Below are positions 24,378 to 34,082 of a stretch of 64,000 bases of DNA, piece by piece. This DNA comes from Candidatus Pacearchaeota archaeon UBA92 (GTDB lineage Archaea; Nanobdellota; Nanobdellia; Pacearchaeales; GW2011-AR1). The DNA is taken from assembly GCA_002497285.1 (NCBI GenBank), contig DANJ01000011.1:3091-67090 (forward strand), written 5' to 3'. The notes beneath the pieces are model-generated. The model did not search any database. It was not told the origin of the DNA and saw only the letters and a program-made list of their open reading frames with translations. The translations under genes and the position numbers were made by a program. The number at the start of each line of letters is the position of its first letter. Within the stretch, counting starts at the first letter, position 1.

Positions 24378-26048
24378 CTAAGATTCATAGATTACTATTC
24401 TTTCATTATCCCCTACAAATTCACCAAATAAGAATTCATCTTTCCCATCTTTATCGTGATCTGCTGAAGCAATTGACCCAGACAACCCTCCAATTGGGAG
24501 ACCTCCTGTAAAGATGTTATGGCCAAATGATGAAAAATATCCTTTTTCTTTTGTTTTCTCAAAGGAATATAGGTAAGTTCCATACTGAATTGAGTTCAAA
24601 TCATCAGATTCATCATTATTCAGGTCGGATATGACAACATCTCCCAATCCTCCAAAATTGTTGTTGCTCGGACCTCCCCTAATCAAATCCTCTCTCGTAA
24701 AAGAATTATCTCCATTCGCTTCAAAAATGTAGTATACATCATATCCCCATATGCCTCCTCCAGATGTAAGTGCTCCAATGATAAATTCTTTCTTTCCGTC
24801 ATTATCAACATCTCCTAAACACTTAAGAAACTTAGGGACGGCAAATTGTCCACTTTTTTCTACCAAGGGAGTACGATAAACCTCTTGATAAGAGTTGTCT
24901 CCTGTGTTCTCAATGACCCTCAAATCTGGTTCCCCATAAAGCCCTCCTCCAGCAATGATAAATTCTTTCTTTCCGTCATTGTCTAAATCGTTACAGGTAT
25001 CAAATGCGCCAATTTGCTCATTATATTGGTTGAAACGAAAGTTTTCTTCGTAAACTTCTTGATAAGAGTTGTCTCCTGTGTTCTCATAAATAGTAACAAA
25101 GTTATCCGACCCATGTAACGATCTCACAGAGATTACTTCTTTCTTTCCGTCATTGTCTAAATCGTCTATTGCCCCATCAAGAGCATAGTCCTGTCCTGAA
25201 GGATAAGAAATTTCCCATGAGAGTTGACTTGGATAAGAGGATTCAGAAGTAGATTCATAAATTTTATGGTAACTTATCATTTGACTTGGAATTACTCCTG
25301 TAATTAAAAGTTCCTTAAGGGAATCTCCATCTGAATCATCAATATCACTCAATTTTGCATAATAGCCTGCGGCTGATACGGGTACATCGAAAGAAGCGAC
25401 TGGAGCAAAAATATTGTCTCCTTGGGCTTCGTAAAAATGGAATCTGGCTAAGTTCACGTTAACATTTTCCTTCAGGATAAACTCTCTGTTGTTATCGTTA
25501 TCAAAATCAAAACCATCTGAAGAATAATCAGAATAAATAAATTGATTATTAGGAAAATCGGCTATCTTGGTAATTCCTGCCTCGGAGAGGTTGCCTAAAA
25601 CCTCGAACTGATAGTAATTACTATTATTATCTTCTAGATACTTCTTGTTAATATCCTTAGCCTCAATATAAAATTCATAAGTTCCTGGACTGGGGCGGCC
25701 ATTTATCTCGTTTATAAGAGGGCATGTATGAAGCGTACCCGGATATCTGGGCGGCGTGGACTCGCAATCATTAAACTCATCACTTGAGCCTGCTTCTCTC
25801 CAAAACAAATGAGACTCAGCATCAGAAAAAGTCTTCCAAAAAATAATCTTTCCGAAAAAGTTTCCAACCAAATAATCAGTAGATTCAATTTCGCCGATAA
25901 ACGGCGGTCTTGCAGTAATAGAAGGGGGACCAAACCTTAGTTCCCCTGAGTTATCAAACCCTATAAACCCCGAAACCAAGAGCACAAAAAACAATAAACC
26001 CAAAACAATAGCTAAATAATGAACCCCTCCCTTCCCAAATTGAATCAT
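24378..26048 (-). CDS. FG-GAP/VCBS-repeat beta-propeller surface protein
   Basis: N-terminal TM and repeated Ca-binding-like DxDxDG blocks (DDLDNDGKKEVI, NDLDNDGKKEFII, GDVDNDGKKEFII, ADHDKDGKDEFLF). There is an internal 29-nt exact DNA repeat, cttgataagagttgtctcctgtgttctca. Confidence 0.7.
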   Translation of the reverse strand: MIQFGKGGVHYLAIVLGLLFFVLLVSGFIGFDNSGELRFGPPSITARPPFIGEIESTDYLVGNFFGKIIFWKTFSDAESHLFWREAGSSDEFNDCESTPPRYPGTLHTCPLINEINGRPSPGTYEFYIEAKDINKKYLEDNNSNYYQFEVLGNLSEAGITKIADFPNNQFIYSDYSSDGFDFDNDNNREFILKENVNVNLARFHFYEAQGDNIFAPVASFDVPVSAAGYYAKLSDIDDSDGDSLKELLITGVIPSQMISYHKIYESTSESSYPSQLSWEISYPSGQDYALDGAIDDLDNDGKKEVISVRSLHGSDNFVTIYENTGDNSYQEVYEENFRFNQYNEQIGAFDTCNDLDNDGKKEFIIAGGGLYGEPDLRVIENTGDNSYQEVYRTPLVEKSGQFAVPKFLKCLGDVDNDGKKEFIIGALTSGGGIWGYDVYYIFEANGDNSFTREDLIRGGPSNNNFGGLGDVVISDLNNDESDDLNSIQYGTYLYSFEKTKEKGYFSSFGHNIFTGGLPIGGLSGSIASADHDKDGKDEFLFGEFVGDNERIVIYES

Positions 26049-26086
26049 AAGAAAAAATAAAAGTTTAAGGTATATAAATAATTGGA

Positions 26087-26689
26087 TTATCCACTCAAAG
26101 CTATCAAAAAGCCTTCAATAATTGCCGCAATTACAAGCAAAGGCAGAACAATCACTAAAAAGACCTTCAGGCTCTTCCAAAGCCTTCTCTTGAATTCTTT
26201 ACCTCTTTCTTTTCCAGAGAACCAGACTAACCCTAACTTTATTCCCAGCCCTACAGAAATAAATATAGCTGGAAGCTCAAAAACCCCATGCGGCGCAAGC
26301 CTCCAGATGGTAAACCATCCTTCTACAGCGACCGCTTTAGACATTACATATCCCAAAATAAGTCCATTCAGCAAAATACTTGCCACTGGAAAAATACCTA
26401 AAAAAGCACCAAGAATAATCGCAAGAAAGACCGAAATAAGATTATTTTGGAATATATAAGCAATCAACTCGGCAGTATTCAAGCCCGAAGTTTTATCAAT
26501 CAATTCTTTTATAATTTTATCAAAAAAAACAGAAAAATAATCAGGAAACAAAAATCCTATTACCGACCCAAAGACAAAAATAAGAAAAGCCCACAAGACA
26601 AAATTAGAACTCTCTTTCAAATAGTTCCAGCTCTCTCTCCAGATAGTTTCTTTCTTTCCCATTTTTCCCGTCCTTTTTTTCAACTTCAT
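26087..26689 (-). CDS. SpoIIM-family (DUF95) membrane protein
   Basis: PHGVFELPAIFISVGLGIKLG motif and multiple TM helices. Confidence 0.65.
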   Translation of the reverse strand: MKLKKRTGKMGKKETIWRESWNYLKESSNFVLWAFLIFVFGSVIGFLFPDYFSVFFDKIIKELIDKTSGLNTAELIAYIFQNNLISVFLAIILGAFLGIFPVASILLNGLILGYVMSKAVAVEGWFTIWRLAPHGVFELPAIFISVGLGIKLGLVWFSGKERGKEFKRRLWKSLKVFLVIVLPLLVIAAIIEGFLIALSG

Positions 26690-27397
26690 CTAAGCGAACA
26701 TCCTGTTAAGCATTTTTACTTTTCTCGCATACTTATGTCTTAAATAAAATCCATAGATTACTCCTACAACAAGTCCTCCGAAATGAGCAGTATTTCCAAT
26801 CGGCCATCCTCCAACTGCAGAGATTGCCCATAATCCAAACATCATAAATATCATTGCAGCCCATAAGGGCATTGGAATAACAAAAAATACTAGCACCTTC
26901 AAGCGAGGAAGCAAAACAGCAAGCAATCCTCCAAGTCCAAATAATGCCCCAGAAGCGCCTACCGCTGCAGCATTAATTCCCCCGAACAAAGCTTCTCCTC
27001 CTTTGACATATAATCCAAGGTATGCAAAACCCACAAAAGACAAGCCTGCAACAATTCCAGCAATCATATAGAACCATAAAAATCTCTTTCTTCCAATTAT
27101 CTTCTCAACTAAATTTCCAATAAAAAACATAGAAACCATGTTAACAAACAAGTGAGTAAATCCTCCATGCATAAACATACTTGTGATTAAAGTCCAAACA
27201 TAACCTTGCACAAATAAGCTCGGAGTCAATGCAATATACTTGAATACATCTGCAACGCCAGATTCAATTCCCTTAGATGCAATAAATAAACTAACTAAAA
27301 TAAAAAAGATTACATTTACATAAATCAATATATTGGTCAGACTTTGCCTAGCAAAAAATCCCTCCTTGGCCCGACGATTACCAAAATACCTAACCAT
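26690..27397 (-). CDS. rhomboid intramembrane serine protease
   Basis: MHGGFTHLFVNM, GASGALFGLGG and HFGGLVVG motifs. Confidence 0.85.
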   Translation of the reverse strand: MVRYFGNRRAKEGFFARQSLTNILIYVNVIFFILVSLFIASKGIESGVADVFKYIALTPSLFVQGYVWTLITSMFMHGGFTHLFVNMVSMFFIGNLVEKIIGRKRFLWFYMIAGIVAGLSFVGFAYLGLYVKGGEALFGGINAAAVGASGALFGLGGLLAVLLPRLKVLVFFVIPMPLWAAMIFMMFGLWAISAVGGWPIGNTAHFGGLVVGVIYGFYLRHKYARKVKMLNRMFA

Positions 27398-28281
27398 TAC
27401 TTGCCTCTCTTTTTAGTTTTCTTTGGAGTTTTCTTAATGCCCTTAGCCTTTTTTTTAGTTTTTAGAACCTTAACCTTTGTCTTAGGATTTAGCTTTTCTT
27501 CTTTTTTCTTAAGTTTAGCCTTTTCTTTTTCCCTTTCCTTTCTTCTAACTGCCCTCTCAATTTTTTTGTTTTTCTCTTCTTTCTTAATCTTCCTTACCAA
27601 AGCTTCATCGCTCTTCTTGGCTAATTTTTCAACTTCCTCATTTATAACAGCTAAGTCTTTCCTAAATTTTTCAAGTTCGGAACTTGCTTCATCAATAAAC
27701 TTATCATTATCTTTGAGTTCCAGAACATCCCCACATTCTGCACATACAAAAAGAGCGTGCAAAGCATCCTCTTCATTATATTCTAAATCGCAATTTTTAC
27801 AATAATAAAACCTCTCCTGTTTTCTTTTCTCAAGTTCCTTTTCCAAGGCCTCAATTTTATCTCCAAGTACCTTCTTTAAACTCTCAAAAGATTTTCCTGT
27901 TTCCAATGTCCAAAAATAAGTATACCATCCACCGTTTTTCTTATCTTTTTTCCTGACAAAACTAACCAACCCTTCATCCGAAAGTTTATACAAAATATTT
28001 CTAGTTTGATTTATTGTCAGCTTCAGTTTTTCAGCAATGGTAAACTCATTAACATTTTTTCTTCCAGATAGAAGCTCAACAATACCTACAACATCTGGGC
28101 CAATGGTAGACGCCACCGCATTTTTCAAAAGTGTAATCTGAACGTCAGAAACATCCGCTTGTTTACCAATTTTTCCAGGTTTTTTGTTTTTAGATTTAAA
28201 TTTACGTTTAAACATCACCTTCATTAAAAAACAGCAAATAAAAACCTTTCGTCCGATATAATCGACATATATTTCAAACAT
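27397..28281 (-). CDS. tfe: transcription factor E alpha subunit with long Lys-rich C-terminal extension (start uncertain: 28281, 28224 or 28215)
   Basis: Winged helix EFTIAEKLKLTINQTRNILYKLSDEGLVSFVRKKDKKNGGWYTYFWTL, zinc ribbon YYCKNCDLEY...FVCAECGDVL, and a ~70-aa K/E-rich tail. Confidence 0.75.
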   Translation of the reverse strand: MFEIYVDYIGRKVFICCFLMKVMFKRKFKSKNKKPGKIGKQADVSDVQITLLKNAVASTIGPDVVGIVELLSGRKNVNEFTIAEKLKLTINQTRNILYKLSDEGLVSFVRKKDKKNGGWYTYFWTLETGKSFESLKKVLGDKIEALEKELEKRKQERFYYCKNCDLEYNEEDALHALFVCAECGDVLELKDNDKFIDEASSELEKFRKDLAVINEEVEKLAKKSDEALVRKIKKEEKNKKIERAVRRKEREKEKAKLKKKEEKLNPKTKVKVLKTKKKAKGIKKTPKKTKKRGK

Positions 28282-28349
28282 AAGCGTCGTAACATATATA
28301 AACCAAAATACCTATTTAGCCATATAAACTAAATAGAAAAGGTGATAAA

Positions 28350-28904
28350 ATGTTTTGGGACAAAAAAGAAAAAAAAGAATCTAATGAACTTCCAGATTTG
28401 CCTCCAGCTCCTACTTCGAGGCCACAATTGCCTCCAATCAGGGTAGATAATATGAATAAGAGTCCAAGGCTATCTGAACTACCTGCTATGAATACCCATA
28501 TGGAAAGTTCGGAAAACTTTACACCAAGAACAAAACTTCCTGAGCTTCCAAAATTTAGAGAAATGGAAAATGAAAGAATTGTAGAAAATGGAATGGAAGA
28601 AGAGTTCGAAGTAATTCATCCGCAAATACCTACGCCAAGAGTTCAAGAGTTTCGTGAACAACGTGAAATCCATGAGTCCCACGAAGCTGGACCGATCTTT
28701 GTTAAACTAGAAAAATTCAAATCAGCGAAAAATTCAATTATGAAAGTTCAGGAAAAACTTAAAGAAATGGACGAGCTCCTTAAAGTCATAAGAGAGATAA
28801 GAACTAAAGAAGAATCTGAATTAGATTTCTGGGAAAAAGAGACAGATGCTCTCAAATCAAGACTAGATTTGATAGCTAGAGAATTATTTGAGAAGGTAGA
28901 ATGA
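28350..28904 (+). CDS. hypothetical protein (Pro-rich N-terminus, coiled-coil C-terminus)
   Basis: 184-aa ORF with AGGTGA 4 nt upstream of the ATG. Confidence 0.45.
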   Translation: MFWDKKEKKESNELPDLPPAPTSRPQLPPIRVDNMNKSPRLSELPAMNTHMESSENFTPRTKLPELPKFREMENERIVENGMEEEFEVIHPQIPTPRVQEFREQREIHESHEAGPIFVKLEKFKSAKNSIMKVQEKLKEMDELLKVIREIRTKEESELDFWEKETDALKSRLDLIARELFEKVE

Positions 28905-29224
28905 TGGAATATGTAAAACTGTCCCATTCCGAAGAAATATTTGGACAGAAAAACCTCTTGAGTTCACAAATAGACTGCCTAAATCTAGTAAAAAAGTTTG
29001 GAGAATATAATAAAATAAGACAGCAAGAAACTGCAGCAAAAATCCTTCTTAAAAGAAAAGTAGCAGAAGCCTTAGATGAACTAAAAATTCTGGAAAAACT
29101 AATGCCTAAAGTAAAAAATGAATCAAATGAAAACAATGAAATTGACAAACCTGCACAAAAGAAAAGACAAAGCTTAGAGCTAGAAATTGAAGAGATTCGC
29201 AGAAAAATTGAAAGATTACAATAG
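28901..29224 (+). CDS. hypothetical coiled-coil protein
   Basis: 107-aa ORF with an ATGA overlap to the upstream gene. Confidence 0.45.
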   Translation: MMEYVKLSHSEEIFGQKNLLSSQIDCLNLVKKFGEYNKIRQQETAAKILLKRKVAEALDELKILEKLMPKVKNESNENNEIDKPAQKKRQSLELEIEEIRRKIERLQ

Positions 29225-29260
29225 CAATAAATCTAAAAATCCCCAAGTCTAAAACATCTA

Positions 29261-31039
29261 ATGATAACAAGAGAAGAACTAATAAAAGAGTATATAGAAT
29301 TTTTTAGAAAAAACAAACATAAACAAATTCCATCTTCCTCTCTAATCCCTATCAACGACCCCACTGTTCTATTCACAACAGCAGGTATGCATCCATTAGT
29401 TCCTTATCTCACTGGACAAAAACATCCCTTTGGAAAACGCCTTGTAAGTGTTCAAAAATGTGTTCGTACTGGAGACATAGATTCTGTAGGTGATAAAGTT
29501 CATCATACCTTCTTTGAAATGCTTGGCAACTGGTCTCTCGGAGATTATTGGAAAAAAGAAGCAATCCAGTTTTCATTCGATTTCCTAACAAAGGAATTAA
29601 AAATACCCCTAGAAAAATTAGCAATCACTTGCTTCAAAGGAAATGAAGACGCCCCAAAAGACGAAGAGTCCGAAAAAATCTGGCGTTCTCTTGAAATATC
29701 AAAAGACAGAATTGCATTTCTTGGAAAGGAAGATAACTGGTGGGGCCCTGCAGGCAAGACAGGCCCATGTGGCCCAGATACAGAAATATTTTATTACACG
29801 GGAAAAACAGTTCCAAAAAAGTTCGACCCCAAAGACAAAGATTGGGTAGAAATTTGGAACGACGTTTTTATGCAGTATGAAAAAACAAAAGAAAATAAAT
29901 ACATCCCACTAAAACAAAAAAACGTAGATACTGGAATGGGCGTTGAAAGAACACTTGCAGTATTAAATCAATTAGAAGATAATTATCAAACCCCTATATT
30001 CCATCCAATAATAAAAGAAATAGAAATTCTATCCAAAAAGAAATATGAGGGCCACTACAAAAAAGATATGAGGATAATCGCAGACCACATAAGAGCAACT
30101 ACACTAGTCCTTGGAGATGACCATTTAGTAAAGCCTTCAAATACCGAGCAGGGTTATGTTATAAGACGATTAATAAGAAGGGCCGTAAGGTACGGAAATA
30201 GGTTAGAAATAAAAAACAATTTCGCTACAAAAATAGCCCTTATAGTGATTGAAACCTATGAAAATTATTATCCAGAACTTAAAAAGAATAAGAATTTCAT
30301 ATTAACTCAGTTAGATGAAGAAGAAAACAAATTCAGAAAGACCTTAGAATCAGGAATAAAAGAATTTGAAAAGATATCTAAAAGCAAAAAAATAATTTCA
30401 GGAAAAGAAGCTTTTCTTTTATATCAATCCTATGGTTTTCCTATTGAACTAACGGAAGAATTAGCTTCTGAAAAGAAAATAAAGTTAAACATGGATGAAT
30501 ATGATAAAGAATTCGAAAAGCACCAACACCTTTCGAGAACCCAGTCTGCAGGAATGTTCAAATCTGGTCTATCAGACAATTCAGAACAAACAACTAAACT
30601 ACACACAGCAACCCATTTACTAAATGAGGCACTTAGAAAAGTCCTTGGAAAAGAAGTAAAACAGCGTGGTTCCAACATTACACCAGAAAGATTAAGATTC
30701 GACTTTAACTTTCCAAGAAAATTAACTGAAAAAGAAATCAAAGAAGTAGAAGATTTAGTAAATAAAAAAATAAAACAAGGATTAAAAGTAGAAAGAACAG
30801 AAGGAAATCTCCAATCTGCTTTAAAATCTGGAGCGCAGGCAGAATTCGGACACAAATATCCAGACAAAGTTTCAGTTTACACAATTCTAGATAAAAAAGA
30901 AAAATCAGGCTTCTTCTCAAAAGAAATCTGCACAGGCCCCCATGTAAAGAACACAAAAGAGATTGGACATTTCAAGATAATAAAAGAAGAATCATCAGCC
31001 GCGGGAATAAGAAGAATTAAGGCTATTGTAGAAGATTAG
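29261..31039 (+). CDS. alaS: alanyl-tRNA synthetase, compact bacterial-type form lacking a C-Ala domain
   Basis: SSSLIPINDPTVLFTTAGM, QKCVRTGDIDSVGDKVHHTFFEMLGNWSLGDYW, and editing-domain motifs HTATHLLNEAL and CTGPHV. It is only 592 aa. Confidence 0.85.
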   Translation: MITREELIKEYIEFFRKNKHKQIPSSSLIPINDPTVLFTTAGMHPLVPYLTGQKHPFGKRLVSVQKCVRTGDIDSVGDKVHHTFFEMLGNWSLGDYWKKEAIQFSFDFLTKELKIPLEKLAITCFKGNEDAPKDEESEKIWRSLEISKDRIAFLGKEDNWWGPAGKTGPCGPDTEIFYYTGKTVPKKFDPKDKDWVEIWNDVFMQYEKTKENKYIPLKQKNVDTGMGVERTLAVLNQLEDNYQTPIFHPIIKEIEILSKKKYEGHYKKDMRIIADHIRATTLVLGDDHLVKPSNTEQGYVIRRLIRRAVRYGNRLEIKNNFATKIALIVIETYENYYPELKKNKNFILTQLDEEENKFRKTLESGIKEFEKISKSKKIISGKEAFLLYQSYGFPIELTEELASEKKIKLNMDEYDKEFEKHQHLSRTQSAGMFKSGLSDNSEQTTKLHTATHLLNEALRKVLGKEVKQRGSNITPERLRFDFNFPRKLTEKEIKEVEDLVNKKIKQGLKVERTEGNLQSALKSGAQAEFGHKYPDKVSVYTILDKKEKSGFFSKEICTGPHVKNTKEIGHFKIIKEESSAAGIRRIKAIVED

Positions 31040-31335
31040 CCTCTTACAGAATTCGCTTCTAATTCCTTTTTGAAATCATCCTTGGCAGAAGCAAACTTAA
31101 CCAAAACTTGAAGTTCCCTAAGGTCAGAATATCTAAGAGGGATGCTCCTATTTTCACTCCTTAGAAAATAAAAATCACGACTTCCTTTATTAGACAATCC
31201 GATTATGCCCTGCATACCGTATCCCTTTCTTTCAATCGCATCTCCAACTATAACTTCTGTACCTTCAAGTCCAGAAAAAATTTTTCTTCTTTCATCGACA
31301 TCCATAGGTAGATGTATTTCTTTCCAATATTTCAT
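31036..31335 (-). CDS. hypothetical protein
   Basis: 99-aa ORF with TTTATAAAA at 31367-31375 upstream. Confidence 0.4.
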   Translation of the reverse strand: MKYWKEIHLPMDVDERRKIFSGLEGTEVIVGDAIERKGYGMQGIIGLSNKGSRDFYFLRSENRSIPLRYSDLRELQVLVKFASAKDDFKKELEANSVRG

Positions 31336-31380
31336 GAATCCTCGCGGATTACATTTCTAAGAACAGTTTATAAAACTACC

Positions 31381-31389
31381 TATTAGGCA
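31381..31389. repeat. left 9-bp target-site duplication TATTAGGCA
   Basis: Identical 9-mer at 43829-43837, each abutting a terminal inverted repeat. Confidence 0.7.
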
Positions 31390-31406
31390 GGCTTTGTTTA
31401 ATAAGT
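31390..31406. repeat. left terminal inverted repeat GGCTTTGTTTAATAAGT
   Basis: Exact reverse complement of 43812-43828. Confidence 0.8.
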
Positions 31407-31466
31407 AGGGGTTGTTTAAATAATCCCTCCTTCCTAAGATATCTTCTAAAAATGAAGAAAGGAATC

Positions 31467-31946
31467 TTAGAAGGTATTATAGACCTTAATCGCTTTATTC
31501 AATTGAAATTCACAGTTGCCCCAATCAATATATTTACAAATATCCCTTGGATCAATAAATTTTCTTTCTAAAATTTCCCCGATTGCAGGGTCTTCGGTTT
31601 GATTATTAATTTTATCTACAAAAGCTGTATATCTTAATAAATAATGAATCTTTGATCCATCCCTTGGTATGACTTTTATGTAACCAACTCTTTTGATATT
31701 TTTTATTTTTAAATCTGCTTCTTCTTGTACTTCCCTTTTCAGAGTATCTTCAAAGGATTTATCTTCTTTTTCGGGTGTCCCTCCCGGAATTCCCCACATA
31801 CCATTATATTTAATCAAACAAACTTTCCCTTCTTTATCAAATATAAATGCATAAACTTGTGTTACATTATCCAAATTTTCAAAGTTTGTGTTATCATGCC
31901 ATTCATTATCTGAAATCCTTCCCTTAAAATCTACTCTAAATTTCAT
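31467..31946 (-). CDS. NUDIX hydrolase
   Basis: Nudix box GIPGGTPEKEDKSFEDTLKREVQEEADL. Confidence 0.85.
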   Translation of the reverse strand: MKFRVDFKGRISDNEWHDNTNFENLDNVTQVYAFIFDKEGKVCLIKYNGMWGIPGGTPEKEDKSFEDTLKREVQEEADLKIKNIKRVGYIKVIPRDGSKIHYLLRYTAFVDKINNQTEDPAIGEILERKFIDPRDICKYIDWGNCEFQLNKAIKVYNTF

Positions 31947-32027
31947 ATTAATAAATAACTTTTTAGCCTTAAAAGGTTTTCTTTTATAATTAAATAAATT
32001 TATAATGTTATATTTATTATTAAAAAA

Positions 32028-32972
32028 ATGAGATATGTGAGAAATTTAAATTCGATTAATAAAAATGATGTTGAAATAGCGGGTGGAAAGGGCGCTTCAT
32101 TAGGAGAGCTAATTAACTCTAATATAGAAGTACCTGGAGGATTTGTTATACTCTCAAATGCATTTGAAGAATTTATTAAAGAAACCGATACAACAATAGA
32201 AATTGACTCAGAATTGGATTCTATAAATCTAAAAGATATTAATAGCATAAATAGGGCTTCAGAAAGGATAAATTTTGCAATTGTTTCTAAGGATATCCCT
32301 AAAAAGATTAAAGATGAAATAATAAAATCTTATAATCAATTAAAATCAAAATATGTTGCTGTTAGGAGTTCAGCGACTTCAGAAGATGGCGCTAATTCAG
32401 CATGGGCAGGACAATTAGATACTTATCTTAATACTTCAAAAGAAAACCTAATAATGAATATTAAAAGATGTTGGGCCTCTCTGTTCACTCCAAGAGCATT
32501 AATATATCGTCTTGAAAAAAAATTAAAAAAAGAAAAAATATCTGTGGCTGTAGTTATTCAAAAAATGATAGATAGCAGTGAATCTGGAGTTGCATTTTCT
32601 GTCCACCCAATTACAAAAGACAAAAACCAATTAGTAATTGAGGCATGTTTTGGGTTAGGAGATGCTATAGTTTCTGGAGAGATCATCCCCGATAGTTATG
32701 TTTTAAATAAGAGTGACTGGAGAATTTTAGATATAAATATCAACAATAAAGTAAAAGGATTGTTTAAGGAAAAGAATGGTGAAAATAAATGGAAACAATT
32801 AAAGAAAAAGGGGGGAAATCAGGTTTTGACAAAAAAAGAAATTGTAGTATTGGGCAAATTAGTAAAAATGATTGAAGAGCATTATAAATTCCCGGTAGAT
32901 ATTGAATGGGCAAAAAGGAAGGATAAATTTTATATTCTTCAAAGTAGACCAATTACGACTTTATTGGATTAA
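32028..32972 (+). CDS. PEP synthase/PPDK N-terminal ATP-grasp (nucleotide-binding) domain, stand-alone
   Basis: GGKGASLGELINSNIEVPGGFVI, VAVRSSATSEDGANSAWAGQLDTYLN, VAVVIQKMIDSSESGVAFSVHP, DIEWAKRKDKFYILQSRPIT. Confidence 0.85.
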   Translation: MRYVRNLNSINKNDVEIAGGKGASLGELINSNIEVPGGFVILSNAFEEFIKETDTTIEIDSELDSINLKDINSINRASERINFAIVSKDIPKKIKDEIIKSYNQLKSKYVAVRSSATSEDGANSAWAGQLDTYLNTSKENLIMNIKRCWASLFTPRALIYRLEKKLKKEKISVAVVIQKMIDSSESGVAFSVHPITKDKNQLVIEACFGLGDAIVSGEIIPDSYVLNKSDWRILDININNKVKGLFKEKNGENKWKQLKKKGGNQVLTKKEIVVLGKLVKMIEEHYKFPVDIEWAKRKDKFYILQSRPITTLLD

Positions 32973-33002
32973 CTTTTTAAATCTGTTTGTGTTATCCTTG
33001 TT

Positions 33003-34082
33003 ATGAAATTAGAGATATTTAAAGCAGGAAAAATATTTAACCCAATTAAGGGAACAAAAAACAAACCAGTACTCCAACATAAAAAGATAAAGGTGACAGT
33101 TCCCGCAAGATTAAATACAATGTGTTTTGATTTAAAAACACTAACTAAGCCTAAAAAGAAATTTATTTATAATGCTGGGGAACTTGCTTTCTCAGTAAAT
33201 GTAAATACTTATGCAAAATTAATAATTACAAAAAATGATAATGGTTCTGTTTTGCTTTCTAAAAACACAAAAAGAAAATCGATAGTTAAACATGCAGCAT
33301 TAATGATGAAAAATGCTCTTAAAATAAATGATTTGTTTTTAATTGAAGCAAACAATGTATATGACTATCCTCACGCTGGTCTTGGATCTTCATCTTCATT
33401 AATTAGTGCAGTTTGTATAGCCATCAATGAGGCCTATGGTAAACCATTAAGCCCAAGACAATTAACACTATTTATTGCTCAAAATCATGGAGAAGAAATT
33501 GAATCAGATGATGAAAGATTAATTCATGTCCAGTGTAATGGTGGTTCTCCTTCTGTAGCCCTATATTATGGAGGTATGCAGATAATTGCAGGAGAATCAA
33601 ATATGATCTTTAGAGAGGAATTTCCTGAAGAATATACATTTGTTTTTGGAATACCTAAGATGTATAAAAAGTGTGATGCTCAATGCTTAATGGCAATCGA
33701 AAAAACTCAATTCCCAAAAATGCTAAAATCGAGTAAAGATTTCTCAAAAGAGATTGCTTGGAAAGTTTTACATGAACTTATTCCTTCAATAATGAATAAA
33801 GATATGAAATCTATCGGAGACATATTACAATATTATAGATTTAATACCGGGAGTTTAGTAATAGATTCAAGAACATGGAAAGGATTATATTCTTTAGTAA
33901 AATCATTGATGAAGTATAGAAATGATGCAACCCCCATAATCTCTGTTTCATCTTGTGGTCCTGCAATATATATTTTAACAAAAAATCCAAAGATGATAGA
34001 AAAAATTTTAAAAGATAAAAAAATGATTACATTCACAGCTAAACCAAATAATAAAGGTTATTCAATCTTATATAATTTTTAA
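33003..34082 (+). CDS. GHMP-kinase-superfamily enzyme, beta-RFAP-synthase-like
   Basis: P-loop-like PHAGLGSSSSLISAVCIAINEAYG. The N-terminal VTVPARLNTMCFDL resembles the PSRLH start of beta-ribofuranosylaminobenzene-5'-phosphate synthases rather than that of classical kinases. Confidence 0.55.
   Translation: MKLEIFKAGKIFNPIKGTKNKPVLQHKKIKVTVPARLNTMCFDLKTLTKPKKKFIYNAGELAFSVNVNTYAKLIITKNDNGSVLLSKNTKRKSIVKHAALMMKNALKINDLFLIEANNVYDYPHAGLGSSSSLISAVCIAINEAYGKPLSPRQLTLFIAQNHGEEIESDDERLIHVQCNGGSPSVALYYGGMQIIAGESNMIFREEFPEEYTFVFGIPKMYKKCDAQCLMAIEKTQFPKMLKSSKDFSKEIAWKVLHELIPSIMNKDMKSIGDILQYYRFNTGSLVIDSRTWKGLYSLVKSLMKYRNDATPIISVSSCGPAIYILTKNPKMIEKILKDKKMITFTAKPNNKGYSILYNF

Noticed and set aside
26082-26743. 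Plus-strand ORFs 26082-26459 and 26447-26743.
   Set aside because: They are antisense to the well-supported SpoIIM-like and rhomboid genes, with unremarkable low-complexity translations.
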